Below, one piece after another: positions 1 to 16,397 of a DNA stretch of 64,000 nt. The notes beneath the pieces were generated by a model. It made no database searches, was not told where the DNA came from, and saw nothing but the letters and a program-made list of their open reading frames with translations. The position numbers and the translations under genes are program-made. How positions within the stretch are numbered: position 1 is the stretch's first letter; each line of letters starts with the position of its first letter. The stretch spans positions 67,642,001-67,706,000 of the forward strand of contig OZ024745.1 in assembly GCA_964016885.1 (NCBI GenBank). The letters run 5' to 3'. Origin of the DNA: Eledone cirrhosa (lineage: Eukaryota).

Positions 1-4152
<4,152 letters not shown>

Positions 4153-4153
4153 T

Positions 4154-4203
4154 CATTATCATCATCATCATCATCGTTTAACGTCCATCTTCCACGCTAC
4201 CAT

Positions 4204-4206
<3 letters not shown>
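4154..4206 (-). mobile_element. Short 3' tail of a non-LTR retroposon with (ATG)n tail
   Basis: Reverse complement resembles 5470-5514 (catgctagcatggaagaacggacgtaaaacggtgatgatgatg). Confidence 0.65.
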
Positions 4207-4240
<34 letters not shown>

Positions 4241-4492
4241 AAAATTAATCTAAATCAAAATTATGGGTGTCATGCCAAAAAGGCATGCGCCATATCACCC
4301 GCAAAATAGCTCCAAGATTCTAATGAATAGGTCCGAGCATTTTATAACAACTATAAATTGATTAACATATAAATAAACATATGAATAACCACAGGAGATA
4401 ATTTTTACAAGTGTGTAAGCACACATAGCTAGGTAGGTAACTAAATAAAGTTAACTAGAACTTCAAAAATAGATACCTTATAATATGATTAA

Positions 4493-4587
4493 TCTTCCCT
4501 GTATATATTCCATTAAAGAATTATATTTCACCAATTAATCGAATGGTAAACGGCGGATGCCGGTACTTGGATTTTCAACAAGGAAGA
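4493..4587 (-). ncRNA. Type I hammerhead ribozyme, U3-A8 core variant (left arm)
   Basis: Stem I UCUUCCUUG/CAGGGAAGA; core UUGAAAA...GAAA; stem II CCAA/UUGG; 9-position stem III with one mismatch; AUA cleavage triplet. Confidence 0.8.
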
Positions 4588-4821
4588 AGTCCAGCGATCT
4601 TTTGTTTACGCATTAAGTTCAAATCAGCAAGTGGTGTATCTACTAGAAATACACACATCATACCAGCTTCATCCCAGTGGCGTGAATAGGGTTATCGACA
4701 ACAAGAAACAGCAACCAAGTCCTTTCAAGCTGGTATGATGTGTGTATTTTTAGTAGATACAGCACGTTTTACTGGCCAGTCGCTGATTTGAACTTAATGC
4801 GTAAACATAGATCGCTGGGCT

Positions 4822-4916
4822 TCTTCCTTGTTGAAAATCCAAGTACCGGCATCCGCCGTTTACCATTCGATTAATTGGTGAAATATATTTCTTTAATGGA
4901 ATATATATAGGGAAGA
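4822..4916 (+). ncRNA. Type I hammerhead ribozyme, U3-A8 core variant (right arm)
   Basis: Stem I 4822-4830/4908-4916; UUGAAAA 4831-4837; stem II CCAA/UUGG with U.U at its base; GAAA 4880-4883; stem III AUAUAUUUC/GGAAUAUAU; predicted cleavage after 4907. Confidence 0.8.
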
Positions 4917-5059
4917 TTAATCATATTATAAGGTATCTATTTTTGAAGTTCTAGTTAACTTTATTTAGTTACCTACCTAGCTATGTGTGCTTACACACTT
5001 GTAAAAATTATCTTCTGTGATTATTCATGTTTATTTTTATGTTAATCAATTTCTAGTTG

Positions 5060-5133
<74 letters not shown>

Positions 5134-5134
5134 C

Positions 5135-5514
5135 TCAAAGGCGATGACACACGACCGTGACCTCTGGCGTCACGCAGTAATACAGAGTACCCGACCTCCC
5201 ATGGGTACAAGCTGAAGCATATAGACAATATGCCCCCACACCCTCCCACTGCAAGGTGGTCGTGGAGGTGCCACGGCAAAAAAGCACCCAGCCCACACTG
5301 TAAAGTGGACCTGTAGGCGCCACGGAAAAAGCACCCAGCACTCACTGTAAATGAGGTTGGTGTTAGGAAGGGCATCCAGCTGTAGAAATCAAGCCAGAAT
5401 CAGTTCCTGTATGAGCAAGGCATGGTCAGCCGACCAGACACTGCCCACAACAGGACAACCCGTCTAACCCATGCTAGCATGGAAGAACGGACGTAAAACG
5501 GTGATGATGATGAT
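5135..5514 (+). mobile_element. 3' end of a LINE/SINE (RTE-like) with (GAT)n tail
   Basis: Ends ...aggaagggcatccagctgtagaaa...catgctagcatggaagaacggacgtaaaacggtgatgatgatga; internal duplication cacggNaaaaagcacccagcNcNcactgtaaa. Confidence 0.6.
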
Positions 5515-5515
5515 A

Positions 5516-8500
5516 CAAGGGATAACAAAATATCGTTATAGGTAATCCAGTTAGAGGTTGTGAATACTTCTTATTATGGATAGTTTTAGCGTACGGTGTT
5601 GTTTGACTCAACAAGAGGTTTACGTAGATAGCGAGTTTATGATTTCACTTGTATTGCTATGTAAGTTTATCTTGGAGTAATAAAATTGAAAAAGTGAAGA
5701 ATAACATGGTCAACAGTACAAAAAGGGGGAATTTATTTACAGTCTAACAATTGTTTCTCTGATTAGAGTTGTCTAAAAATTACTGAACACTAGAAGCAGT
5801 GTCACTCAATTTTAAATACGAATCAGAACATCATAACAAAAAATATATAACTGGCAAATCTACAAATTCAAATTACAGCATCAATAATAATATTAATAAT
5901 AAAGATAGAGAGAGAAAAAAAGAAAGAAAGAGAGAAAAAGGAAAAAGAAAAAGAAAAAGAAAAAGAAATAGAGAAATGAAAACAGAAAGATATAGAGAAA
6001 GGAGGAGAGAAAGAGGAGAGAAAAGGATAAAGGAGAAATAACGTAAGAGAAAAATAAAAATAAAGGGAAAATAATAATATCAACATAAATGAATAAATGT
6101 TAATATATGAATAAATGTAAACGAATAAATAAACAAATTACATCGAGGATGATATAAAATGATACAAAATATGAAATATGAAAATATGAAAATAAATAAG
6201 TAAAAATGTGCTAGGAAATTTAAACATATTAAGATTATTGAAAGTGGTTAAAATATAGGGTGATACGAAGGTATAAATATGATAATGTTAAATATATTTA
6301 TGTGTGTATTGGTTATTTTAGTAAATTAATTATATATTTAATTAATTAATTGATTAATTAGTTGTATGTTATATTAGAAGTGAAAATGATATAAGATAAA
6401 ATAAAATGCCAGAGATGAAATAAATTTAGGGAGAGAAATAGAGAGATAGAAAGTGAAAGATAGAGATACATAAAATATGAATGTAGATATAAGAGGTTTT
6501 GATGTTGGTTCATTGATAGATGATGACAATTATAACAATAATGATGATGTGATATTATAATAGATCTAAGTGGTACAATTTGGGTTATGGAATAGATAAG
6601 ATGAATTAAGCTGGTCTAAAGTTCTCAAATTTGGTCGCCGTTTTATGCCTACAGAAAATATTTCTTTCAATTTTACTGTTAAGTAGCATTTTGTTGTAAT
6701 TTAAAATTTGGAAAAGTTCCATATTACAAAGACCACAGTGGTACAAGGCAATTCGATAGGCCGTTGCTGTTGATAGCTTCGTCCAGCAGATTTTATATTC
6801 CATGTTTGCATCTCTGAGTTGCCAGATTTTATTGGCGAGAGTTGTATTTATGAGCTTCCTGTTATTCATAGAGTGTCTATGGACATACCACCTTTTCTTA
6901 AACTCCCCAGCTGTAGATCCTGTGTAGTGCCATGCTAAGCTGCCTGAATTTATAGTACATAGGTATACTATATTTGACTCTAGGCATCTATTTTGTAATG
7001 GGCATTTGTCAGGTAGATGACAATTATATTTAGATGCCTTCTTATGTGTCGGTTCTTCTATATGGTTTTGTAAATTGTTATGTACGGGCTGAGAATTGGG
7101 TTTGTTGATGTATTGTGGGATGTGTTCTGACGTGTGTTTGGTTGTAATGATATTATATGCTTATGTTTTGTATTTGGTGTTATGGTACTTATTTGCGGAC
7201 TACTTGTATTATAAATTCTTTTATAGTTAATTTTATGTATGTGTGATTCTATGTTGTTGGCAGTGGAGTATGATAGTTTGATAGTTTTTCTATTAAAGAT
7301 TTTATGATATTTATGAATTTTAGGGAAGTGTTTGTCAACTAATTTGAAGAAAGTCTAAGGTAGTTTTGTTTTTATAGAGGAGTTAAACACTGGATTGAAC
7401 CATAAGTACTTTCTATCTCTGCATCTTCTATAGTTATTAGTGGTCTTTATATTAGTATTCTGTTCAATTAATTCACGTGCTTTTTACCAATTTCTATGTT
7501 TAGTCCTAGATCTGTTGCTTCTATAGGTGTGGATAGTGTTATTTCTATTAAATGTGTTGTTATTTTTTTTGTATTTGGTATGTATTTGAGTCTCTCTTTA
7601 TGGCCTGCCTTAAGTAAAGCTATGTTGTAGTAGTTAGCGTGTTCGTTAAAAATCTCTAGATTAGAAGATAGGCGTGAGATTCTAAGGGATATACTATGTG
7701 CTATGGAATTAATTATGGATCGATGGTGATTAAAGTTCTAATTAATGTAAGCTAAATTTTCATTATTTTTATGGAAGGGTTCTATTAGTGCTGTGTTTAG
7801 GTTGAGCGATACATCTAAGAAGTTAGCTTTTTTAGAGTTGAGTTCAAAAGTGATTTTAAGGCCCAATTTATTAAAGAATTTTCTAATCTTGTTCCGTAAT
7901 CTTTCTAAGTTTTGATTATTTAGGTTTTTAGCTAAAAGTAATGTATCGTCTCTATAAATTCCTCTTTGTAGGTTATCAAATTCCTTATGTAAGATATGTG
8001 CTATATAAATCCCGACAATGTCCGTAACTTGGGCTGAATCATTTGATCCCATAGTTATATCGAAGTTATTCTGTCTATTTTTTTCTTTCCCAGTAACTAT
8101 TGTCGAATTTAATGATTGTTCTTCTAGCAGCTAATTTTAATTTCCTCTCGTGATAGGTCAGAGTTTTTTGTGCAAAGGATAGTGCCTTATTTGGGGTTAT
8201 TGGGGAAATAGAAGAGTAGTAGTCATTAATGTCAAATTGTATGAAGTCGGAAGATTCTCTATTGTCTAATTTATTAAACCAATCTATTGCTTCATTAGTG
8301 TTACCCCAGAGCTTGATTATTAGTTTTTCTTTAATTTGTGGTATTATTCTATCTAGTATAAACTTGCTAATTCTGCCTATATCTGATTTTGATGGACATA
8401 TTAATCAAATAGTAGGGTCAGTTTCGAAGTTACATTTATGATCCTTCAGATTAAAAGTGGGTTTACAAGGGGTTAGAGGTTCGGTTCTATCAGATATTTT

Positions 8501-8923
8501 AAGTTTTTTTACTATGTTAAGACCTTCCTTGTTAATGCTATTGAGTGTAGACTCTGTATTTTTCTTGTATTTTTTATGTAATTCCCAGCGTATAAAGTTG
8601 TTGTATGTATTAAGGCTCATGGTGTATACATTTGATGTTTTGTCTGCCTTTACTATAATACCGTTGATGTTACGTAATATTTTTAGTAGTGCATGATGTT
8701 ATTTTGCAGTTTGTTATGATGTGTTCGCTTTTTTAATTTAGTTTCCTTTATCATGTTCATGAGGTCAAGTTCAAAGGCATCAAGTTGTGGGTTGCTCGGT
8801 GGATTTTTGCAGGATCTAAACCCATATTTTTAGACCAGCTTAATTCATCTTATCTATTCCATAACCCAAATTGTACCACTTAGATCTATTATAATATCAC
8901 ATCATCATCATTATTGTTATAAT
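5516..8923 (-). mobile_element. Decayed Penelope-like retroelement, Naiad-like (RT + C-terminal GIY-YIG), with short inverted 5' pLTR
   Basis: Fragments in order: KYGFRSCKNPP..LDAFELDL; MGSNDSAQVTDIVG..YRDD; NFLDV; YNCHLPDKCPLQNRCLESNIVY..YTGST..FKKRW; CGLCNME..LLNSKIE..CRH (stop 6606). 8829-8923 is an inverted copy of 6529-6620. Many stops and frameshifts. Confidence 0.85.
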
Positions 8924-8924
8924 A

Positions 8925-11900
8925 TGAAAAATTATGTTATGTATGAAAAATTATGTTATGTATGAAAAATTTAAAAAACAATATTTATTTAAATTACGCT
9001 GGGGGAGGATGAGAAGAAATAGATGGCGAAAAAATTACTGTTATGAGATATATAGAAAAATAGAGAGAAGAGAGAAATTTAACAGAGGATGAACTCATAT
9101 AACGTAAATAAGTCTTAAATTTATGTTTAAGTTACGTATATTTAGTAATTATTTTGTTGTTAGAATTCTAATATAATACAATATAATATTAAGTTTTATA
9201 GGTAAAAAGAAAAATATATATATAGAAAAAATAGATATATAGAAAAAGTAAATATATATTGAAAATATAATAATATATATTGAATAATAAATTGAGAGTG
9301 AATAGATATAAGTAGAAAATAGATAGAAAAAATAGATAGAAAAATATAGATAGAAGAATAGATATATGAATAGAGGAATGGATATATGAGCGGATATATG
9401 GGTATATTCTGTTATAGATAATTATTTTAATAAATTATGAGGGGTACTGGTGTATATTTATATTTAGTGTAAGTAATTAAATTAACTGAGTTAATATGAA
9501 TATTTATATGTTTTTAATATTTTAAATATTTTAAATTGGGAAGATAGTGAAAATCCCAATTTTGTTTATTTATTAGTTAGTATGAGACCATTTTGACGAA
9601 GATATAAATTTTGAAAGATATGTTTAGCCAGAATTAGTTATTGGTTATATTTAAAAATATTTTAAAAAATTAAAAAATATTAAAAATATTAAAATATTAG
9701 AAAATATTTAAAAATATATAATATAAAAATATTAAAAGTTCTGTAAAAATTTCTGGAAAAAAATTTTTTTTTTAATTTTAAGAATCTCAAAAGATACTCA
9801 AAAGATACTCCAAAAAAACAACCTTTTTAAAAAATACTTAAACTATTTAAAATGTTTAAAATTATTCTAAAATACTTAAAATATTTAAAAATATTTAAAA
9901 CCTTTAAAAAATACTTTTAAAATATAAAAAAAATTTTTTTTTTTTTAAACAAAATAATTTTTTTAGATAATAATTTTTAAGAAATAAGTGATGTTTTAAA
10001 AAGTAAGTAATTTTTAAATAAATGAGATATTTTGGAAGTAAAAATAAAAAAAGGGAAAGATTTAGCAGTAAAGAATAAAGATGTAAAAATATTAAGCAGT
10101 AAAGGATAAAGATTTAATAAGTAAAAAATAAGTAAAAATATTAAAGTTAAAATTAAAAATTTATAAAAATTTATGATCTTATATGTATATAATATAAGAA
10201 ATTTTAATATAAGAAATATTAAAATTAAGGATTTATGATCATATATGTATATAATATAAGAAATTTTAATAAGTGAAAATTATAGGCATTGGAATTTATC
10301 GAACAATATGTAGAAAAAAATTATAAGTGTAATTATATTTTATATATATTTTTAAATATTGAATTTAGACGATGTTTACAAGAACTGAATAAATTCATAC
10401 GTATATTAATTGAGTTCTTACATTTAAGTATGAAGAAAATTTCCTCAACACACAATTTGCAAAATCTAGATAGAGCTGTGTTTCTGTAGGCAGGTGCTTG
10501 TGAAATTACATCCCAAGTTAAAGAATAGTCTATATCTTTAGTTTGATAGAGAAGTTGAAGATTTTTTACCAATATTATTAAACGAGTATTTGTGATCATT
10601 GAAACGGGATTTGAAGTCTGTAGAAGTAGAGCCTATATAGTTGAATATATGATCATTAGTTTTGACAGAACATTTATAGACGACATTTTTATCTAAGCAT
10701 TTATTTTTTAAAGGACAATTTGGTTTAATCCTACAATTACATTTAGCAGAGTTGATGTTATTCGGAACATTATTAAGTTGGATATTGTTAGAGGTATTAG
10801 TGCTATTTTGGTTTAGATTTCTATTATTAATTCTATTTATATTTTGTGCTAAGTTCATAGTAGTAGAGTAAGATAGTTTTATTGTATGTCTGTTAAAGAT
10901 TGAATGGTATCTATGGGTTTTGGGAAAGCATTTATCTAGAGCTTTAAAAAATAGTTTAGCTAAAGGTGTTTTAATACTTAGTGAAAATCGAGGTGCATAC
11001 CAAATTATGTTTCTAGTTCTATTCCTTCTTTTAGTATTAGAGTTTATGTTAGGTTTCTTATTATAATTATAATTAATATTATGGTTATTTGCCTTATCAT
11101 TGTTTTCAATATATTTAATTTTATTTATATAGCCTGCTCTACTTAAAGCTTCATTATAATATTCTGCATTATCGTCAAATATGTTTTTATTCGCAGAAAT
11201 TCGAAAAATACGTTGTTGTACAGAATTTACTAGTGATCTTAATAGATTTAGGATGATTGGAGTTGAAGCTTACATAGTTTAAGTTCTCATTAATTTTATG
11301 GAATGGATAGTAGAGCCCTGTATTAAGGTTTAATGTTACGTCTAAAAAGTTAACAATTTTGTAGTTATTCTCTATTTCTAACTTAAGATTGTAGCTATTA
11401 AAAAATTGTATTATTGATTTTCTTTTTCTATTTATTTCACAATTACTATTATTTTCAATTAAAAGCAGCATATCATCACGATATAAACCACCGGTCATCT
11501 CCGGTAGTTTTCTATGTAGTATATTATTAATAAATATCCCCACAAGATCCGTTATTTGCGCCGAGTCTGATGACCCCATGGTGATGTCGAAATTATTTAT
11601 TCTGTCCGCTATGGTCTTTAAATATTTTTTTTAAGTTTTAAATATTTTTAAATATTTTTAAATATTTTAAGTATTTTAGAATAATTTTAAACATTTTAAA
11701 TAGTTTAAGTATTTTTTTTTAAGGTTTTTTTTTAGTATCTTTTGAGTATCTTTTGAGTATCTTTTGAGATTCTTAAAAAAAAATTTTTATTTTTTTCCAG
11801 TAATTTTTTCCAATTTTTTTCCAGAATTTTTTCCAGAACTTTTAATATTTATTCCAGAACTTTTAATATTTTTATATTATATATTTTTTAATATTTTCTA

Positions 11901-12857
11901 ATATTTTAATATTTTTAATATTTTTTAATATTTTTTAATATTTTTTAATATAACCAATAACTAATTCTGGCTAAATATATCTTTCAAAACTTATATCTTC
12001 GTCAAAAGGTCTCATACTAACTAATAAATAAACAAAATTGGGATTTTCACTATCTTCCTAATTTAAAATATTTAAAATATTAAAAATATATAAATATTCA
12101 TATTAACTCAGTTAATTTAATTAATTACTTACACTAAATATAAATATAAACCAGTATCCCTCATAAATTATTAAAATAACTATCGATAACAGAATATACC
12201 CATATATCCGCTCATATATCCATTCCTCTATTCATATATCTATTCTTCTATCTATATTTTTCTATCTATTTTTTCTATCTATTTTCTACTTATATCTATT
12301 CACTCTCAATTTATTTTTCAATATATATTATTATATTTTCAATATATATTTACTTTTTCTATATATCTATTTTTTCTATATATATATTTTTCTTTTTACC
12401 TATAAAACTTAATATTATATTGTATTATATTAGAATTCTAACAACGAAATAATTACTAAATATACGTAACTTTAACATAAATTTAAGACTTATTTACGTT
12501 ATATGAGTTCATCCTCTGTTAAATTTCTCTCTTCTCTCTATTTTTCTATATATCTCATAACAGTAATTTTTTTGCTCTCTATTTCTTCTCATCCTCCCCC
12601 AGCGTAATTTAAATAAACGGTTGTTTTTTTCAATTTTTCATACATTCATTTGCATATTCACACATCCAGCGAATCTTCGGACCGTCAAAATAAATTTTGT
12701 ATTTTATCTGATGAAAGCGCACCAAGATTTGCTTGGTCGCCCTTGAAATATATATAATAAAATAAATATGGTTTTATAAATATAGTTTCCATTTATTATT
12801 ATCTTGGAATATTTATTCCAGTAACTTGTTGAGTGCTCTATATCAGTTATAAATATT

Positions 12858-12860
<3 letters not shown>
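8925..12860 (-). mobile_element. Second 5'-truncated Naiad-like PLE with a ~1-kb inverted pLTR
   Basis: MGSSDSAQITDLVG..YRDD..NFLDV (11187-11579); CNCRIKPNCPLKNKCLDKNVVY..YIGST..FKSRF (10538-10858); CKLCVEE..CKH (10333-10599). About 8939-9920 is the reverse complement of about 11617-12645. The + copy continues through an HHR to the terminus near 12860. Confidence 0.88.
12700..12764 (+). ncRNA. Type I hammerhead ribozyme (PLE minimal type)
   Basis: Stem I UAUUUUAU/AUAAAAUA; CUGAUGA 12708-12714; stem II AAG.GC.ACCAAG/CUUGGU.GC.CUU; GAAA 12745-12748; palindromic UAUAUA stem III; UA cleavage after 12756. Confidence 0.85.
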
Positions 12861-12893
<33 letters not shown>

Positions 12894-12900
<7 letters not shown>

Positions 12901-13459
12901 GAATATGTTGAAAAGGTAACACACTAAAGAGAGATAGTGTGTCATCAATAAAACAGGGAAAACCACTAGTGTATGGAATCTATAAACTATGGAAGGCAGG
13001 GTAGACACACAATAATTAAAAATATAAATTAAAATGTATATACGCACCTCTATAACTATATAACACACGCGTACAAATCCAAAGAGATCTGTTTCGCCAG
13101 GAAGTTGTTGACTGAAATGGAATAGCCTATGGTTCATCAGCGCGTGCAAGACTATACATTCCAGACAACTCTAAGAGAATCTAAAGCGACCGTCCAGCTA
13201 CATGCGGCAGAGAGATGTCACAGCGTGTTTATGGCCGTGAAGCAGTGGTATCTGAGGGACGATCTGCTAGAAAGGCAGTCCATAAACCACTCAAAGAAGT
13301 GTGCTCAACCAAACAGAGAGAGAGGAAAGACTGTTATAAGGAGCGAAATATCACGATAAATTAACGGAGCCATAGACTCTCGTTATTCCCTGTCAGTAAT
13401 GTGCTCAAAGGAAAAGGAATCCTGAGCTCTTTAAAATACAATATGTTGAAAATGTAACA

Positions 13460-13464
<5 letters not shown>
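12894..13464 (-). mobile_element. Retrozyme-like non-coding element: 538-bp unit with 33-bp terminal direct repeat, in (TA)n
   Basis: 12894-12926 and 13432-13464 differ at 2 of 33 positions. Contains a complete HHR and no credible ORF. TA runs on both sides. Confidence 0.65.
13064..13148 (-). ncRNA. Type I hammerhead ribozyme with full stem III
   Basis: UGCACGCG-CUGAUGA-aCCAuaGG..CCUGGc-GAAA-CAGAUCU(CUUU)GGAUUUG-UA-CGCGUGUG: 8-bp stem I, 8-bp stem III, GUA triplet; A.C mismatch at the base of stem II. Confidence 0.85.
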
Positions 13465-13500
<36 letters not shown>

Positions 13501-13507
<7 letters not shown>

Positions 13508-14957
13508 ACACACTTATCAGCAGAAACTACCCACCATCCCTAATCAACAATGGATTCCAACGTGCCCTAAAACTGACATCCAGGAACTCAGACACCCCAA
13601 ACCCAGGAATGAACCGCAACAAAAAACTCTACCATACATCTCCACACACAAGCCCCTCAACAATGAGGCATTCGACACCATCCTCCAGAACATTCCTTTA
13701 CTAAAAAGAGACCCAAGAATGAACAAAATCCTCCAAACACACAACATCATAAAGAGCAAAAGACAACCCAAATCCATAAAAAACATCCTCACACAAGCCA
13801 AAATCCAACAAACCCTCACAATGAACCTTACAGTAACAAAATGCGGAAGGCCCAACTGTGGCATATGCATAAATCTAATAGAAGTTTCAACATTCCATTT
13901 TAAACAAGGACAACATTTCACAGTTAAACACAACTTTGCATGTGCATCTGAAAACCTAATCTATGTTTTGACCTGCTCAGGTTATCAAGAGCACTACATA
14001 GGACAGACAAAAAACAGCCTCCGTCAACGTATGACCGTCCATAAATCACAAATTAAAATACAGGAATACAGAAAGATTGCATTTAGTGAATATCGCCAAT
14101 TGTGCACACAACCAACATCCAAACTTTAAAATTTTCCCCATTTACAAATTCATAGACAACGCTACTTTCATCCATCGTACCAATAAGGAAATATATTTCA
14201 TTAACAAATTCCAACCTCTACTTAATGCACTAAACTTCGGACCAAACTAAAACTGGAACAAACAATCAAACATTTACAAGAGTTACCTCCCTCACACCCT
14301 ACCTAATCCTTTTTCTTAGATAAATTAAATATCATCCAGCATGAATTGCCTCCTCTTGCATATTAACTCTCTAAAATGGGAAATCATATCAAACCCCAGT
14401 CCACCATTTGCCTCCATCATGGAATCATGGATCAACTAAGCACCCTTGCTATATTAACAAACAGATTTTGATCTGCTTAACTTCAAGAACTATGCCTGTA
14501 AATAACATTATTTTTTTCTTTCACATTGACTTTTTATGCTCTACATTACGTTCCCTTTTTTCTTTTTTCTTTTTTCTTTTTTCTTTTTTCTTTTTTCTTT
14601 TTTCTTTTTTCTTTTTTCTTTTTTCTTTTTTCTTTTTTCTTTTCACTTCATAAACCTTGTTTGTAAATAACATTATTCTTTCTAAACCATTTCTTTAACA
14701 TGTGCAACACCACCATTCTACACCAATACATATCATTTGATAATGCATAAAAATGCTGAAACCGGTAATAGACAATTATTAAATATATAAATAGATAAAT
14801 AATGCCATTGTTAATTAATTAATAAATCAACTAATACCTTAACACTTCACACAAAGTAAAACATTTCGTTTTAATCATTTTCTAACCCAGAAAAGAGAGA
14901 GATAAAAAAAGAATAAAAATATTTTTTTCTTCCTAATAATCGTCTCTTTCTCCCTGT

Positions 14958-14960
<3 letters not shown>
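13501..14960 (+). mobile_element. 3' fragment of a PLE, Neptune-like GIY-YIG end with pLTR
   Basis: RQPKSIKNILT..KCGRPNCGIC..HNFACASENLIYVLTC..YIGQTKNSLRQRMTVH (13719-14129), followed by a T-rich repeat and an HHR-like motif. Confidence 0.8.
14731..14773 (+). ncRNA. Hammerhead motif, U3-A8 variant, weak stem I
   Basis: UUGAUAA 14737-14743; U-GCAU(AAAA)AUGC-U; GAAA; palindromic CCGG; UA. Stem I is only 4 bp with a bulge. Confidence 0.55.
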
Positions 14961-14997
<37 letters not shown>

Positions 14998-15007
14998 TTA
15001 TATATAT

Positions 15008-15111
<104 letters not shown>

Positions 15112-15558
15112 GTATATATATATATGTATATATAACGCATATGTATATATGAACGCAACGAAATACTAATACCCCAGTTTGCATTTGAAAAATGTTCGAG
15201 TGTATGCTTAAGAGTATATTTGTGTATGCTCTCTTGTATGAATGCACGTGTGTATATAGGCATACACATGCATCCAGAGGTATACAAGTGTGGGCGGTTG
15301 CGGGTACCTGTATATGTCTGTACTAAGGGATTTGCCTAAGCTCCAAAGCCCCTAAGCATTGCTGTGAAGATATATATCACACTCTACTTTTGTCTAGTCT
15401 AAACAATAACTTTTCCAAACACCCACTTTACCTTTCTTTAAAAATAACACCCACCTCGTTTTATGTCTGCCATATACTTGGATTTGGGGGCCTCTTTTGT
15501 ATATATATATATATGCACTTGTGTGTACATACATATATATACACATCTGTATGGATTT

Positions 15559-15862
15559 GTACGTGTAGATGTGTGTGTGTGTGTCTGTGGGGGTGGGGGT
15601 GAGTTTATGTGCAAGTCAACCAACATAAGTCTTTTTATATGTAAACTTTCTAAGTATTTGACTCTAACCATAATTTTCAGTATTACCACCCCACATAAAC
15701 TCCTCAATTTGTATGTGTGGATGTGTGTGTGTGTGTCTGTGGGGGTGGGTGTGAGTTTATGTGCAAGTCAACCAACATAAGTCTTTTTATATGTAAACTT
15801 TCTAAGTATTTGACTCTAACCATAATTTTCAGTAGTACCACCCCACATAAATTCCTCAATTT
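15559..15862. repeat. 152-bp tandem duplication (2 copies)
   Basis: gagtttatgtgcaagtcaacc at 15601 and 15753; units nearly identical. Confidence 0.9.
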
Positions 15863-16169
15863 AAGAATGACCTGTAGTATTGAATTTCATACTATAAACC
15901 TCAATTGAATATATATCTGACCAGGAATGCTTTTTGTGAAAATCAGTCCTATGGAACTATTGTCATCTTGCCTGACGTTTTGAACTTTACAACACCACCT
16001 GCCTCTTTGAGGTCAAATACCAATCCTACTAGCATCTACAAACTGACCAATGAGAATTAAGATTATTCCTGCTGACAACATTAAATTCTCCCTAACAAGC
16101 TCATATGTCCCAAGGCTCTGGAACCATCAACACCAAAATCACAGAGCTGGCATATCTAAGAACTGACTA

Positions 16170-16225
16170 ACTGCCTGATAAGGTCATAGCCATACAATGG
16201 CTATTATCGAAATATATATAGCAGT
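16170..16225 (+). ncRNA. Hammerhead, probably inactivated (C3 opposite A8), in a PLE pLTR remnant of about 15960-16272
   Basis: ACUGC-CUGAUAA-stem II-GAAA-UAUAUA-UA-GCAGU; same family as the intact copy at 63314-63369. Confidence 0.75.
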
Positions 16226-16270
16226 AAATAAAAGATTATGCGTTCATGCAATTGACTTATGTTTCGTCAC

Positions 16271-16397
<127 letters not shown>

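Larger units (their letters stand above)
4239..5064. mobile_element. Non-autonomous PLE-like element forming a long inverted repeat, inserted in (TA)n
   Basis: Arms 4343-4669 and 4727-5064 are near reverse complements around a 57-bp spacer. Each arm carries an HHR. A diverged relative lies at 60016-60430. TA runs flank both sides. Confidence 0.75.

Noticed and set aside
5740-5785. Possible HHR of the first Naiad-like element (UAGACAA..GAAACAAUUGUU, minus strand)
   Set aside because: Core U4 is altered and the stems are very short; probably a relic but too degenerate to call.
6606-10858. Selenoprotein-type recoding, known in some Naiad elements
   Set aside because: Cysteine positions in both GIY-YIG regions read as TGT/TGC (one as Tyr). 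No in-frame TGA at those sites; the breaks are ordinary decay.
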